NCBI GenBank assembly: GCA_963783575.1
Contig: CAWAOD010000005.1
Span: forward strand, 512,001-576,000
DNA length: 64,000 nucleotides
Direction of reading: 5' to 3'
Origin: an uncultured Spirochaetota bacterium
Lineage (GTDB): Bacteria > Spirochaetota > Brevinematia > Brevinematales > JAOACQ01
The position numbers and the translations under genes were made by a program. Shown here piece after piece: positions 28,564 through 38,112 of this stretch. Numbering within the stretch: position 1 is the first letter of the stretch; every line of letters starts with the position of its first letter. Below the pieces are notes generated by a model. The model worked only from the letters and a program-made list of their open reading frames with translations. It was not told where the DNA came from and ran no database searches.

Positions 28564-29001
28564 TTAGTCTTTAATATTTTGAATGAAGCAGGGTTTAACC
28601 TCGCCTTTTAATTCGTAAAATTCACTTGTAACATCAAGATTTTCAGTGATTTTTATTTTTGAGGCACCGGAACAGGAGATTAATTGATGCCAGATGTTTT
28701 CATTCAGGCAAACCGGTTTATCCAATAAAAATACTTCAAAAGAATCTGGATTATTTTTTTCCGCGACTATTAGAAAAGGTATTCCCTGTAAAGGTTCGAA
28801 ACTTTCCCTGGAATCATGATGACATTCCAGTTTTTTTGCTGTTTTCCATGAGAATTCAAGGACAGCAATCCTCCAGCCGGATTGCCCGACTTTAACGGGA
28901 ATATCCCATCCATCAACACTTTCAGGTCTTAAGTCAATAATATCACCGTATTTTTGAAAATTATTTCTGTCGATATTCCGGATTTCCTTAATCAGCATCA
29001 T
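28564..29001 (-). CDS. Ureidoglycolate-lyase (AllA)-like cupin protein
   Basis: NFQKYGDII, LECHHDSRESFEPL, LNENIWH; start coupled to the GH94 stop. Confidence 0.55.
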   Translation of the reverse strand: MMLIKEIRNIDRNNFQKYGDIIDLRPESVDGWDIPVKVGQSGWRIAVLEFSWKTAKKLECHHDSRESFEPLQGIPFLIVAEKNNPDSFEVFLLDKPVCLNENIWHQLISCSGASKIKITENLDVTSEFYELKGEVKPCFIQNIKD

Positions 29002-29002
29002 T

Positions 29003-31753
29003 TTACACTCCCAATTCAATTAAAATTTCATTTAATCCCGTATCCATAATCAATAGTAAAAAATCTTGCCGTGGAATGGTTATTTTTTTCCCATCAGCAG
29101 CTAATTTGCTTATATCAATCCGGTTCAGCGAGGCCTTAATAATCTTATAAAAGCCGTATTCCAGATGGTCTTTATTAGTATAGCTTACTTTTATTTTTTT
29201 ATTACTAAATGTTGAAGTCACGGAAGCCATACAATTTTTATCAAATTGTTCCTTAACCAGTTTTGGTTCAAGAACCAGTGAACCAAAATTCCCTTTAATT
29301 CCGTATATTTCCTGCAGTGCAGTAATCAGTATCCAGCTTGCCGAACCGGTAAGGTAATGATACATTCCTTTTCCGCCGGAGGTAAAATATTCCGGAATTC
29401 CAGGGTAGATTTTCGCATTTGCAGAATCCATACAAAGTTTATATACGGAACTGAACAGTTCATAGGCTTCATTGACAAAATTTCTTTTATAAAGGGCGTT
29501 AATAAACATTATAATCAAATGATTAAAGATCGCTCCATTCTCTTTTTCACCATAAGCAAAAGCGAAAACTCTTCCAAAATTCATGCGATTATCCCCGAGC
29601 GGAGTATTAATGCGTAATCCGTTGGTTTCCGGATCAATTAAATATTTCAGGCAGGCTTTATATAAACAATGAACCTGGTTATCATCCGCAATACCGAACA
29701 TGACCGTAAAAACCTGGCCGGCAAGGTTCATAATGACTGAATTATTATGTATTCCGTCAACTGCCTCTCCGTCATTATTATAATAAGAATTGAAAAAGCC
29801 TGAATTATTTTCTATATTTAACCATTCATTTTTTCTTATATGGTTTTTGAGCCATTCACCCTTTTTTTTAAGGTCTTCTGAAAGTAAATCCAGTTTATAT
29901 CTTTTCTTTTTACCTGATATTCCCTTATCAATTCTATTAAAATAATCAGACAGGATATTTTTTTTATATTGTATATCATTATAGTCAGGATTACAGGATA
30001 TTGAATCAATCAATACAGCCATTTCCTCAAAGATTTCAATCTCATGTAATTTTTTTACATCTTTAAGTTTTGATAAAAGATTGGAAATTCCACAAAGATT
30101 GCCGGCGTAAAATGCTGAAAATGCGGTACTTTCACCTTTTTGATAGGCCATATCTATGGCGTCATTCCAGTCAGCGTCCTCAAGGCGAATTATATTGTGC
30201 TCACCGACATTGAAAAAACTTATTAAATTTTGAACAAGAAGGTGTTCAATGATATTCCCTTTATAGATCTCACCGCTTTTAGTTTTACACATGGTTCCTT
30301 CGGTTTCGTTCCAATGTTTATTTAAAACTGAGGCTCTTTTGAACAATGCGTCGCTAAAATATTGTTTTTCCTGTAAAAGAAAATCCAGATCTCCGGTCTG
30401 GTCTATATATAACCTGGCTGTTAAATATGGCCAGCATCCATGATCCATCCAGACCCTCGGGATATTATTCCTGTCCGCTTTAAACTCCCCGGGATTATGC
30501 CCGATTATTGTTGCGTTGGTGCCGTCAATCCGGATCCCGGAAAAATTTTCCGATAGTTTATCCTTCAATTCTTCAGTATTTTGAAGTACCAGCGATAAAG
30601 AGTCCTGCCAGAGATCGCGCCAGCCTCTTCCTCCTTTTCCGTAATCATGATGAGGGAGGAAGGAACAGCCGTAAATTTTCCTTAAAACCGGCTGAATTCC
30701 AACCCATTTCATCCAGCTGGAAAAATCTGTAATTCCCGATTCAAATTCCATAGAGGCTGATTTTTCCTGCCAATATAATTGATTTTTTTTTAATAAATCT
30801 TCAATTTTATCAATTGAACAATACCGGTTTTGAATTGATGAAATTTTATCATTGTTATCGGTAATTCCCATAAGAATGATATATTTTTTTAATTCACCGG
30901 GAGATAAATCTATTGTTTGAAAACGAATAGCCCCTATAATTTCTTTTCCTTCGGTATTATTTTCCCTGAATAAATCGGGAGATAAATTTCTAATAACAGC
31001 TTCAGGATTTTCGAAATTTCCTCCGCAGCCTATGAAGTCACCAGTTACCGGTATTACTCCGGCCGGAAGACTGCCGTTATCTTCATAACCAAGGACATAA
31101 AATATATTATTGTTAATTTGATGATTGTGTTCATTAAAACGGATTACAGGTTTTAAACCTATCCCGTTTTTGTAATTAATAACCCTGTTTATAAGCGAAG
31201 TGACATGACGGTGGTCTCTCAGATTTTCCGCGGATCTTCCGAAAATGGGTATTGCTGATGTAGGGGTTATAGTTATATTTTGATTACTTTCATTTTTAAT
31301 GGATATTGACATAACTTCAACAGTGTCTGTATTTACAGGAACGAAGTTAATTATTGTCGAAGAAAGTCCGAAATCTTTGTCCCGGTAAAACAGTTTGTGC
31401 CATAATAATCCCGCTTCTATTACTCTTTCTTCAATTGTTTGACTTACAAAAAGTCTTGAATTCTGAAGCGTGGAATTGCCTGTCGCAGACCATGCCCCTT
31501 TATCATTTATATAAATCCAGAAGTTTCTTGCGGAACGTGTGTTATGAATATCTTCAATGGATACAGGGATCAGTAAAAAATCATTCTGGCTGGTTTTGCT
31601 GTCGCCATGGAGCTTTGGAGTTATGGATGCCATAAATCCGGCTTCATTGCATAAAGGGAAATACAATTCATTGATTGCTTCTGGTTCTTTCCATAAAAAG
31701 GTTCCATTATCATCTATAAATTTCCATCCAGTCCTATTTCGCATAGAATTCAT
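29003..31753 (-). CDS. GH94 glycoside phosphorylase, laminaribiose-phosphorylase-like
   Basis: HDYGKGGRGWRDLWQD, catalytic-region ADWNDA, GEKENGAIFNH, YLTGSASW; 916 aa; context with GH16. Confidence 0.82.
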   Translation of the reverse strand: MNSMRNRTGWKFIDDNGTFLWKEPEAINELYFPLCNEAGFMASITPKLHGDSKTSQNDFLLIPVSIEDIHNTRSARNFWIYINDKGAWSATGNSTLQNSRLFVSQTIEERVIEAGLLWHKLFYRDKDFGLSSTIINFVPVNTDTVEVMSISIKNESNQNITITPTSAIPIFGRSAENLRDHRHVTSLINRVINYKNGIGLKPVIRFNEHNHQINNNIFYVLGYEDNGSLPAGVIPVTGDFIGCGGNFENPEAVIRNLSPDLFRENNTEGKEIIGAIRFQTIDLSPGELKKYIILMGITDNNDKISSIQNRYCSIDKIEDLLKKNQLYWQEKSASMEFESGITDFSSWMKWVGIQPVLRKIYGCSFLPHHDYGKGGRGWRDLWQDSLSLVLQNTEELKDKLSENFSGIRIDGTNATIIGHNPGEFKADRNNIPRVWMDHGCWPYLTARLYIDQTGDLDFLLQEKQYFSDALFKRASVLNKHWNETEGTMCKTKSGEIYKGNIIEHLLVQNLISFFNVGEHNIIRLEDADWNDAIDMAYQKGESTAFSAFYAGNLCGISNLLSKLKDVKKLHEIEIFEEMAVLIDSISCNPDYNDIQYKKNILSDYFNRIDKGISGKKKRYKLDLLSEDLKKKGEWLKNHIRKNEWLNIENNSGFFNSYYNNDGEAVDGIHNNSVIMNLAGQVFTVMFGIADDNQVHCLYKACLKYLIDPETNGLRINTPLGDNRMNFGRVFAFAYGEKENGAIFNHLIIMFINALYKRNFVNEAYELFSSVYKLCMDSANAKIYPGIPEYFTSGGKGMYHYLTGSASWILITALQEIYGIKGNFGSLVLEPKLVKEQFDKNCMASVTSTFSNKKIKVSYTNKDHLEYGFYKIIKASLNRIDISKLAADGKKITIPRQDFLLLIMDTGLNEILIELGV

Positions 31754-31777
31754 ACAATAACCTCAGCAGCAATAAAA

Positions 31778-32629
31778 TCACTCCCTGATAGCTCCCGCAA
31801 GTGTCCCTTCAATAATATAACGCTGCAGGAATATATATAGTATTATCAGGGGCGCCGCAACTATTACCAATGCAGCCATTTGCAGCGTTACCGTATTCCT
31901 GAAAGAACCTGTGAATATGAACAGCCCCTTTGTCATAGGATATAAAGCCTTGCTCGAAAGGAATATGATGGCTTTTATTATATCATTCCAAACATTTATT
32001 GCATTGAGTATTGTCATTGATGCGATTGCCGGGGACATCAGCGGCATTATAATTGTAAACAGATAGTTGAAATAACTGCATCCGTCCATTGCCGCCGCGT
32101 CATCAAAATCAGTCGGGATGCTCTTCAGGTAAGAGACAAAAACAAATAATGTAACCCCGCCGGTGACTAAACTGGTCAAAATCATTAAATATCCCAGGCG
32201 GGTGTTATATAAACCGGCATTTAAAATCATCTGGAATTGAGGTATGGTTGCGTCCGGTACGAAAAGTCCGATTAGAAACAGGGTATAAAGGAATTTCGCG
32301 CCTTTTATTATATTCCTGGCAATCGGAAAAGCGAGAAATAAGGTAAGAATGATCGATATGCCGGTACAAATGACGGTATATAAAAGGCTGTTGCCGATGT
32401 ATGCACTGAAATTCGCCTGCTTCCATGCTTTCGTATAATTCACAAAATTGACTGCAGTTGTTATGGAAACCGAGTTTTTCATAAACTCCCTTTCCGTTTT
32501 TAATGAAGCATTAAAAACATAAAATAGCGGGAAAAGGTAAAGAATCAATAATACAAGTATAAATAAATACATGAAAAACATTATGATAAACCAGCTTTTA
32601 CCGGTAATCCTGCTGTTTTTTTGCATCAT
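31778..32629 (-). CDS. Carbohydrate ABC transporter permease (MalG-like)
   Basis: IPTDFDDAAAMDGC EAA-like loop, IIMPLMSP, VWND, FLQRYIIEG. Confidence 0.93.
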   Translation of the reverse strand: MMQKNSRITGKSWFIIMFFMYLFILVLLILYLFPLFYVFNASLKTEREFMKNSVSITTAVNFVNYTKAWKQANFSAYIGNSLLYTVICTGISIILTLFLAFPIARNIIKGAKFLYTLFLIGLFVPDATIPQFQMILNAGLYNTRLGYLMILTSLVTGGVTLFVFVSYLKSIPTDFDDAAAMDGCSYFNYLFTIIMPLMSPAIASMTILNAINVWNDIIKAIIFLSSKALYPMTKGLFIFTGSFRNTVTLQMAALVIVAAPLIILYIFLQRYIIEGTLAGAIRE

Positions 32630-33552
32630 ATTTCCTTCTCCTTTCTATTCATAAAATACTGTGTGAACAAAGTTACGATCAATATAATGGCAAATAAAAC
32701 CATCGATTGTGCCGCCGCGTAGCCCTGGCGCATTGTACTGGAACTGGCCCCGGCAATACCTGTGGTGTCCTGTCCGATATTAAAAGCGGTTCTGAAAACA
32801 CGCATCGCCAGATTGGAAGTGTCGAACCCGCCTCCGGTTGTCAGCAGAATCACCTGATAAGCGGATAAGGAGCCGATGACAGCCAGTAAGATATTTACAG
32901 TAACGGTTGGCCATAAGAGAGGCAATGTAATGTAAATAAACTGCTGACTTTGTGATGCTCCATCAATTTTTGATGCTTCGTAAAGATCAATCGGGATGCT
33001 CTGAAGGCCCGATAAGAATATGACCATGGAATATCCCATATACATCCAGCACTGGCAGAAGATAACAAGAGGAAAAGCAAGCTTGAGGTCGCCGAAAAAG
33101 TTGCTGGAAAGACCGAATAATGAAAGTAATTTTGTCGCCGGTCCGTCCAGCGTAAAAAATAAATTCCAGGTTGTTGCTGAAACCAATACTCCTAATACAA
33201 CCGGCATAAACACAACAGCCCTGTAAAAACTAATTCCCTTGAGTTTACTGTTAAGTAATAAAGCAACAAAAAGTGCTGCAGTGTTCTGGCATATTGTTAC
33301 AAAAAATGTGAAAACAAACGTCCTTATTATCAATGAATAAGAATCCCTGGTATTACTCTGGAAAAAGAATTCTTTATAATTATCCAATTTTATGAATTTC
33401 CAGGGAACTCCTTTAATACCGCTTATATCTGTAAATGACAGAATAAAAGTTGCAATGGAAGGGCCTAAAGTTAAAACCAAATAAATTAAAACGGCTGGAA
33501 GAATCCCCAGATAAATTGCCCCTCTATTCCAGTTACTTCTTGCTACCCTCAT
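32626..33552 (-). CDS. Carbohydrate ABC transporter permease (MalF-like)
   Basis: GLQSIPIDLYEASKIDGAS..ITLPLL. Confidence 0.93.
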   Translation of the reverse strand: MRVARSNWNRGAIYLGILPAVLIYLVLTLGPSIATFILSFTDISGIKGVPWKFIKLDNYKEFFFQSNTRDSYSLIIRTFVFTFFVTICQNTAALFVALLLNSKLKGISFYRAVVFMPVVLGVLVSATTWNLFFTLDGPATKLLSLFGLSSNFFGDLKLAFPLVIFCQCWMYMGYSMVIFLSGLQSIPIDLYEASKIDGASQSQQFIYITLPLLWPTVTVNILLAVIGSLSAYQVILLTTGGGFDTSNLAMRVFRTAFNIGQDTTGIAGASSSTMRQGYAAAQSMVLFAIILIVTLFTQYFMNRKEKEI

Positions 33553-33569
33553 AAAATCCTCTGATAAAA

Positions 33570-33600
33570 GGCTGCCAGTATTTATAAAATACCGGCAGCC
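33570..33600 (-). terminator. Stem-loop after the SBP gene (attenuating terminator or mRNA stabiliser)
   Basis: GGCTGCCAGTATTT/AAATACCGGCAGCC arms with a short U run on the minus strand. Confidence 0.6.
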
Positions 33601-33618
33601 GGATTTTTTGAATTTTAG

Positions 33619-34902
33619 TTATTGTACCGATTTTAAAGCATCTTCCCAATCCTTTTGTGAGAGATCTGCCAGTTCTTTGGGGGTCGCTACATCGCCTCCG
33701 AAAATCTTTAACTGGATCGGTGGAAATCCGCCGTATTTGCCTAATCCCTTTGGTGTGACGAAATATCTTTCAAACGCTATTCTGAATTGCTGGTTTATTG
33801 GCGCCAATGAATTTACAAAATCGCTTTTCATCTGTACACCCTGCATTGTGGGAATAAATTCGATCGCATTGATCAATTCAGTATAATTCTCTTTTTGAGA
33901 AATGAATTCCATCCATTTCAACGCTGCATCTTTATTCGGCGATTTTGCATATACTACGAAACCGATGTCATATTTTCCTGCAAGCTGCGGTGGAATTTTA
34001 CCTTTTTTGTCGCCTGGAATAGCGAAATAGCCGTACTTAAAATTCGGGTCGGCAGCCTCAATATTTGCCCCCTGCCACGAGCCGTCGGGCATCATAGCGG
34101 CCTTTCCGTTTACAAAACGTCCTATTACATCAGAATAACCGACGGCTGTAACCCCCGGTTCAAAATATGTTCCCCATTCGGCCATGTCGTTGAAAATAGT
34201 TAAGGTCTTTGCGTCATTAAACTTGCGTTTGCCTGTCCATAAATCCTTTACAAATGAGGCCGCGTCGGCTTCATGAGAGGCAACAAAAGCGCTTGCGAAC
34301 ATATTGATCGGCCATTGATCTTTTGCGCCCGATGTCATAGGTTCGATCCCCTTTGATCTCAGGGTTTTGCAAATGCTTATAAAATCAGCCCATGTTTCAG
34401 GCACTTTCAAATTGTTTTTGTCAAAAATATCCTTGCTGTAAAATATACCGTTGAAAGCGACTTTACCCATATTCAACTGGTATACCTTTCCATTATAAGT
34501 ACAAGCGTCTTTAATTGCAACAGGATCCCAGTTTTTTACAAAAGGCTGCCCTGTTAAATCAAGATAGTCGCCATTCTGGATATAAGTCAGCCAGTCCGGG
34601 ATATTGACGCCCTTCATAAAAGGCTGCGGAAGTAACTCGAATCCGGTTTGATTCTCAATAATGTCAACATCTCCTGCTGCTATCCTGCTCTGTTTTAATT
34701 GCGGATACTGTGTTATGGGTACATCTTCCATATTGACCTTGATGTTAGGGTACTTTGCAGTAAATTTTGCATTGATGGCATTCAATGCGTCAACAGTAGC
34801 CGGGTTGTTGTGAATAATGATTCTCAAGGTCACCGTTTTCTGGCTGAAAGCTATTCCAGCAGCCAAAAACATGCATGCGATAAGAAACAATACTTTTCTC
34901 AT
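33619..34902 (-). CDS. Carbohydrate ABC transporter substrate-binding protein
   Basis: FTAKYPNIKV, FYSKDIFDK..VPETW, FVNGKAAMMPDGSW, NKDAALKW; signal peptide without lipobox. Confidence 0.92.
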   Translation of the reverse strand: MRKVLFLIACMFLAAGIAFSQKTVTLRIIIHNNPATVDALNAINAKFTAKYPNIKVNMEDVPITQYPQLKQSRIAAGDVDIIENQTGFELLPQPFMKGVNIPDWLTYIQNGDYLDLTGQPFVKNWDPVAIKDACTYNGKVYQLNMGKVAFNGIFYSKDIFDKNNLKVPETWADFISICKTLRSKGIEPMTSGAKDQWPINMFASAFVASHEADAASFVKDLWTGKRKFNDAKTLTIFNDMAEWGTYFEPGVTAVGYSDVIGRFVNGKAAMMPDGSWQGANIEAADPNFKYGYFAIPGDKKGKIPPQLAGKYDIGFVVYAKSPNKDAALKWMEFISQKENYTELINAIEFIPTMQGVQMKSDFVNSLAPINQQFRIAFERYFVTPKGLGKYGGFPPIQLKIFGGDVATPKELADLSQKDWEDALKSVQ

Positions 34903-34969
34903 ACTATCCTCCTTATATAAATATCTTTGATTTAAATAATTTATTAAAGTGAGAATTAATTAGTGTTTA

Positions 34970-35022
34970 TTGGACTATAGCAGTTTTGTATTATTATATA
35001 TTATTTAATATAAATATGTCAA
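34970..35022 (-). promoter_or_regulatory. Promoter of the SBP operon with downstream operator half-site
   Basis: Minus strand TTGACA(35022)-N18-TATAAT, then AAAACTGCTATAGTCCAA. Confidence 0.55.
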
Positions 35023-35143
35023 TAGTTGATATGAAAAAAACAAAATTAATTATTTAATTGATTATTATATATTGATAGAAATAGAAATAATAGATCATAG
35101 ATATTTTTGTATTTTAATTAAAAATATTTTAAAAATAAAAAAT

Positions 35144-35157
35144 CTGCTATATTGCAG
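35144..35157. promoter_or_regulatory. Palindromic operator candidate
   Basis: CTGCTATATTGCAG, one mismatch to the palindrome CTGCTATATAGCAG. Confidence 0.55.
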
Positions 35158-35259
35158 ATGTCTTTTCGATAATGATCCAAAGAACTATATTCATTAATAA
35201 GTTTAAATGTAATTCATCCAGTAATTAAAACTAATAGATATTGATGGAATATGTGACTA

Positions 35260-35293
35260 TCTAATTTATTGTTATATATAACAATAAATTAGA
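35260..35293. repeat. 34-bp perfect palindrome
   Basis: TCTAATTTATTGTTATATATAACAATAAATTAGA equals its own reverse complement. Confidence 0.85.
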
Positions 35294-35347
35294 ATTATAA
35301 TGATAATTTAACATACTAATCGGACATTAAAATATTTTTTAAAATCC

Positions 35348-35397
35348 TTGACTTTGTATAAAAAATAATATAACCTATGAAAACTGTTATATAGCAG
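35348..35397 (+). promoter_or_regulatory. GH16 promoter with operator at about +1
   Basis: TTGACT-N17-TAACCT followed by CTGTTATATAGCAG (35384-35397). Confidence 0.55.
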
Positions 35398-35586
35398 ACT
35401 TTTTATACTATAATTTACAAATATTTATAAATGTTAAATTATATCTTCCTGTGAGGAATCTCCTGATATCGATTAATCTGGTTTAGGGGGATTCCTCATA
35501 TGGATTAAAGTAATCAAATCTTATGATTATATTGTTCATTATCATAAAAATTTTTGAAAAACCTGCTCAATTGATAGGAGGAAAAA

Positions 35587-37533
35587 ATGGGAGATAATTT
35601 AGATCGTTATTTTATTACTATTTTAATGATATTATTATTAATTATTGTCAGCGGACTAATTTATTCACAGGATCATCGGGTAATATCAATAGGAGACAAT
35701 ATTATAAGGAACGGCTCATTCGATCACCCGCTTTCAAAGGAGCAGCCCAATCCGGATACCGGTATACTTGATTCGGGAGGTTCGTGGTCTTTTTACTTGA
35801 ATAATGGAGCTGATGGAAAGGCTGAAATTATAAAAGGGGTATTAAAAATTACTCCTGTCACCATAAAAGCGCCGAATTACGGTATTCAAATTATTCAATC
35901 TCCGGTTACATTAGATAAATTAGGCAGATATAAGGTGAGTTTTGATGCCAGATCTACCGCACAGAGAAATATAATTGTAAAGATCGGCGGTATTGCAGCA
36001 AGAGGATGGGCTGCCTACACGGGTGAAAAAATTGTAGCTATTTCAACTAATATGGAAAATCATGAATTTGAGTTCACGATGAAGATGAATACAGATAATA
36101 CCGCCAGGGTTGAGTTCTGGTTTACAACTTCCATAGAACCAGTCTGGATAAAAAATGTTTCTGTAATAAAAATTGATCAGGGAATTCCAAAAAAAGAACC
36201 GGTATCAGGGACAAAGACGGTTAAGGATGAAAAAAAACTTGAAAACTGGCAGTTAATGTGGAGCGATGAGTTTGATGGAAAATCAATAGATACAAATAAA
36301 TGGTCTTTTGAAATCGGCAATGGGCCTTTAGGAAACGGGTGGGGAAATAATGAAATGGAATATTATACTGACGATCCAGATAATGCTTTTGTTGAAGATG
36401 GAAAATTGATCATTAGGGCTTTAAGAAGATATGTGACTGATAACGGCAGGGTTAATAAGTATACATCGGCGAGGATGATAACAAAGGGAAAGTTTTCAAC
36501 ACCTGGCTCATGCAGAATTGACGTAATGGCGAAATTACCTCAGGGTAAAGGTATATGGCCTGCTATCTGGATGCTGGGAGATAATTTTGGGGCCATACCC
36601 TGGCCGGATTGCGGTGAGATTGATATAATGGAATTAATTGGGCATGAGCCCTGGAAAGTTTATGGGACAGTGCATGGTCCTGAATCAGCAGGATCCGGAA
36701 TAGGCGGGTCATTTGTTTTGAATGAAGCGACAAATGGAAACAGGTTTTCTTATGGTTTTCATAAATTTTCAGTTGAAATAAAACCTGAAACTGTGGAATT
36801 TTATGTTGATGATGTTATATATTTTATTGCAAATAAAGATAAAGTGCAGTATGATTGGGGTGATGATGAATGGGTTTACAACAGTCCGTTTTTTCTGATA
36901 TTGAATCTTGCGGTAGGAGGAAACTGGCCGGGTAACCCGAACGATACTACGGTCTTTCCGCAGCAGATGGAAGTTGATTATGTCAGAGTCTATACCAATA
37001 AAGGCGCTTTCCTGGCTGAAGGCGAAGCTGATTGGGATACCGGGTATAAACAGCCTCCTGGAATTGTAAAAACTTATCCTAAAAGCGGTATGATTCTGGA
37101 TAATGCCTTTACGGATCCGGATGTTAACTGGGTTTACGGTTCTTTTGAAAGCGGTGAGGCTAAGACAGGCTTCAATAACGGAATTGCCAGATTCGATATT
37201 TATAAAGTAGGCGGCGAGGATTGGCATATTCAAATTAAAACCAAAAACTATTTGAATCTTGAGAATGGGAAATCTTATATTATAACTTTTAAAGCCAGAT
37301 CCAGCATTGAAAGGAAAATGAAAATAGTAGTCGAACAAAACGGGAGCGGCTGGGCAAGATACACGGAACAGGAAGTTTTACTTACTCCTGAATTTAAAGA
37401 CTACAGGCTTGAATTTAATATGACAAGGGGAAATGATCATTTAGCCGAGCTTGTTTTTATGCTTGGTACTGTCGGTAATTCAGGTGCGATTGGGAAACAT
37501 TCGGTTGAAATATCAAGTGTTGTTATGCAATAA
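35587..37533 (+). CDS. Secreted GH16 endo-beta-1,3-glucanase (CBM4-GH16-CBM4)
   Basis: WSDEFDG, GWGNNEMEYY, GIWPAIWM, catalytic GEIDIME, LNLAVGGNWPG; CBM4-like YKVSFDARS and YIITFKARS modules. Confidence 0.92.
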   Translation: MGDNLDRYFITILMILLLIIVSGLIYSQDHRVISIGDNIIRNGSFDHPLSKEQPNPDTGILDSGGSWSFYLNNGADGKAEIIKGVLKITPVTIKAPNYGIQIIQSPVTLDKLGRYKVSFDARSTAQRNIIVKIGGIAARGWAAYTGEKIVAISTNMENHEFEFTMKMNTDNTARVEFWFTTSIEPVWIKNVSVIKIDQGIPKKEPVSGTKTVKDEKKLENWQLMWSDEFDGKSIDTNKWSFEIGNGPLGNGWGNNEMEYYTDDPDNAFVEDGKLIIRALRRYVTDNGRVNKYTSARMITKGKFSTPGSCRIDVMAKLPQGKGIWPAIWMLGDNFGAIPWPDCGEIDIMELIGHEPWKVYGTVHGPESAGSGIGGSFVLNEATNGNRFSYGFHKFSVEIKPETVEFYVDDVIYFIANKDKVQYDWGDDEWVYNSPFFLILNLAVGGNWPGNPNDTTVFPQQMEVDYVRVYTNKGAFLAEGEADWDTGYKQPPGIVKTYPKSGMILDNAFTDPDVNWVYGSFESGEAKTGFNNGIARFDIYKVGGEDWHIQIKTKNYLNLENGKSYIITFKARSSIERKMKIVVEQNGSGWARYTEQEVLLTPEFKDYRLEFNMTRGNDHLAELVFMLGTVGNSGAIGKHSVEISSVVMQ

Positions 37534-37552
37534 ATTTACAACATAAAATATT

Positions 37553-37984
37553 CTACTGTAAAAGTTTTGCTTCGATATCGATTTTAGGTACTGCTGATAA
37601 AGCTTTTGATACCGGGCAGTCTTTTTTTGCCTGTTCGGCAATCTTCTTAAATTCTTCCGGGCTTATATTTGGAACATGCCCCTCCGTGTTAAGTTTTATT
37701 GAAGTTATGGCAAATCCCTGTCCGGAACTTTCGATTGCAACGGATGCTGTTGTTGTGATTTTTTTTGGAATAAAACCGGCATTACCGAGCATCATTGAAA
37801 ATGCCATTGAAAAGCACCCTGCATGCGCTGCTCCGATTAATTCCTCGGGATTTGTTCCCTTCCCGCTTTCAAACCTGGATGCAAAAGAATAGTTCGCTTT
37901 AACTTTTCCTTCCCCCAATTCCAAAATTCCCTTTCCATCTTTAATGGAACCTTCCCAAACTGCTTTTCCTATTCTTACTGGCAT
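37553..37984 (-). CDS. osmC: OsmC-family peroxiredoxin
   Basis: AVWEGS, GTNPEELIGAAHAGCFSMA, AKKDCPVSKAL. Confidence 0.95.
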   Translation of the reverse strand: MPVRIGKAVWEGSIKDGKGILELGEGKVKANYSFASRFESGKGTNPEELIGAAHAGCFSMAFSMMLGNAGFIPKKITTTASVAIESSGQGFAITSIKLNTEGHVPNISPEEFKKIAEQAKKDCPVSKALSAVPKIDIEAKLLQ

Positions 37985-38112
37985 AGGGACCTCCTTTTTA
38001 AAAATAATCTATTTAAATATAATAAGATTTAAATGTAATTGACAAATTAATCACATATAATTATTTTAATTTATTAGCTGTTTTGTTTGGAACAGTTATT
38101 GAGGAGGTTTTT

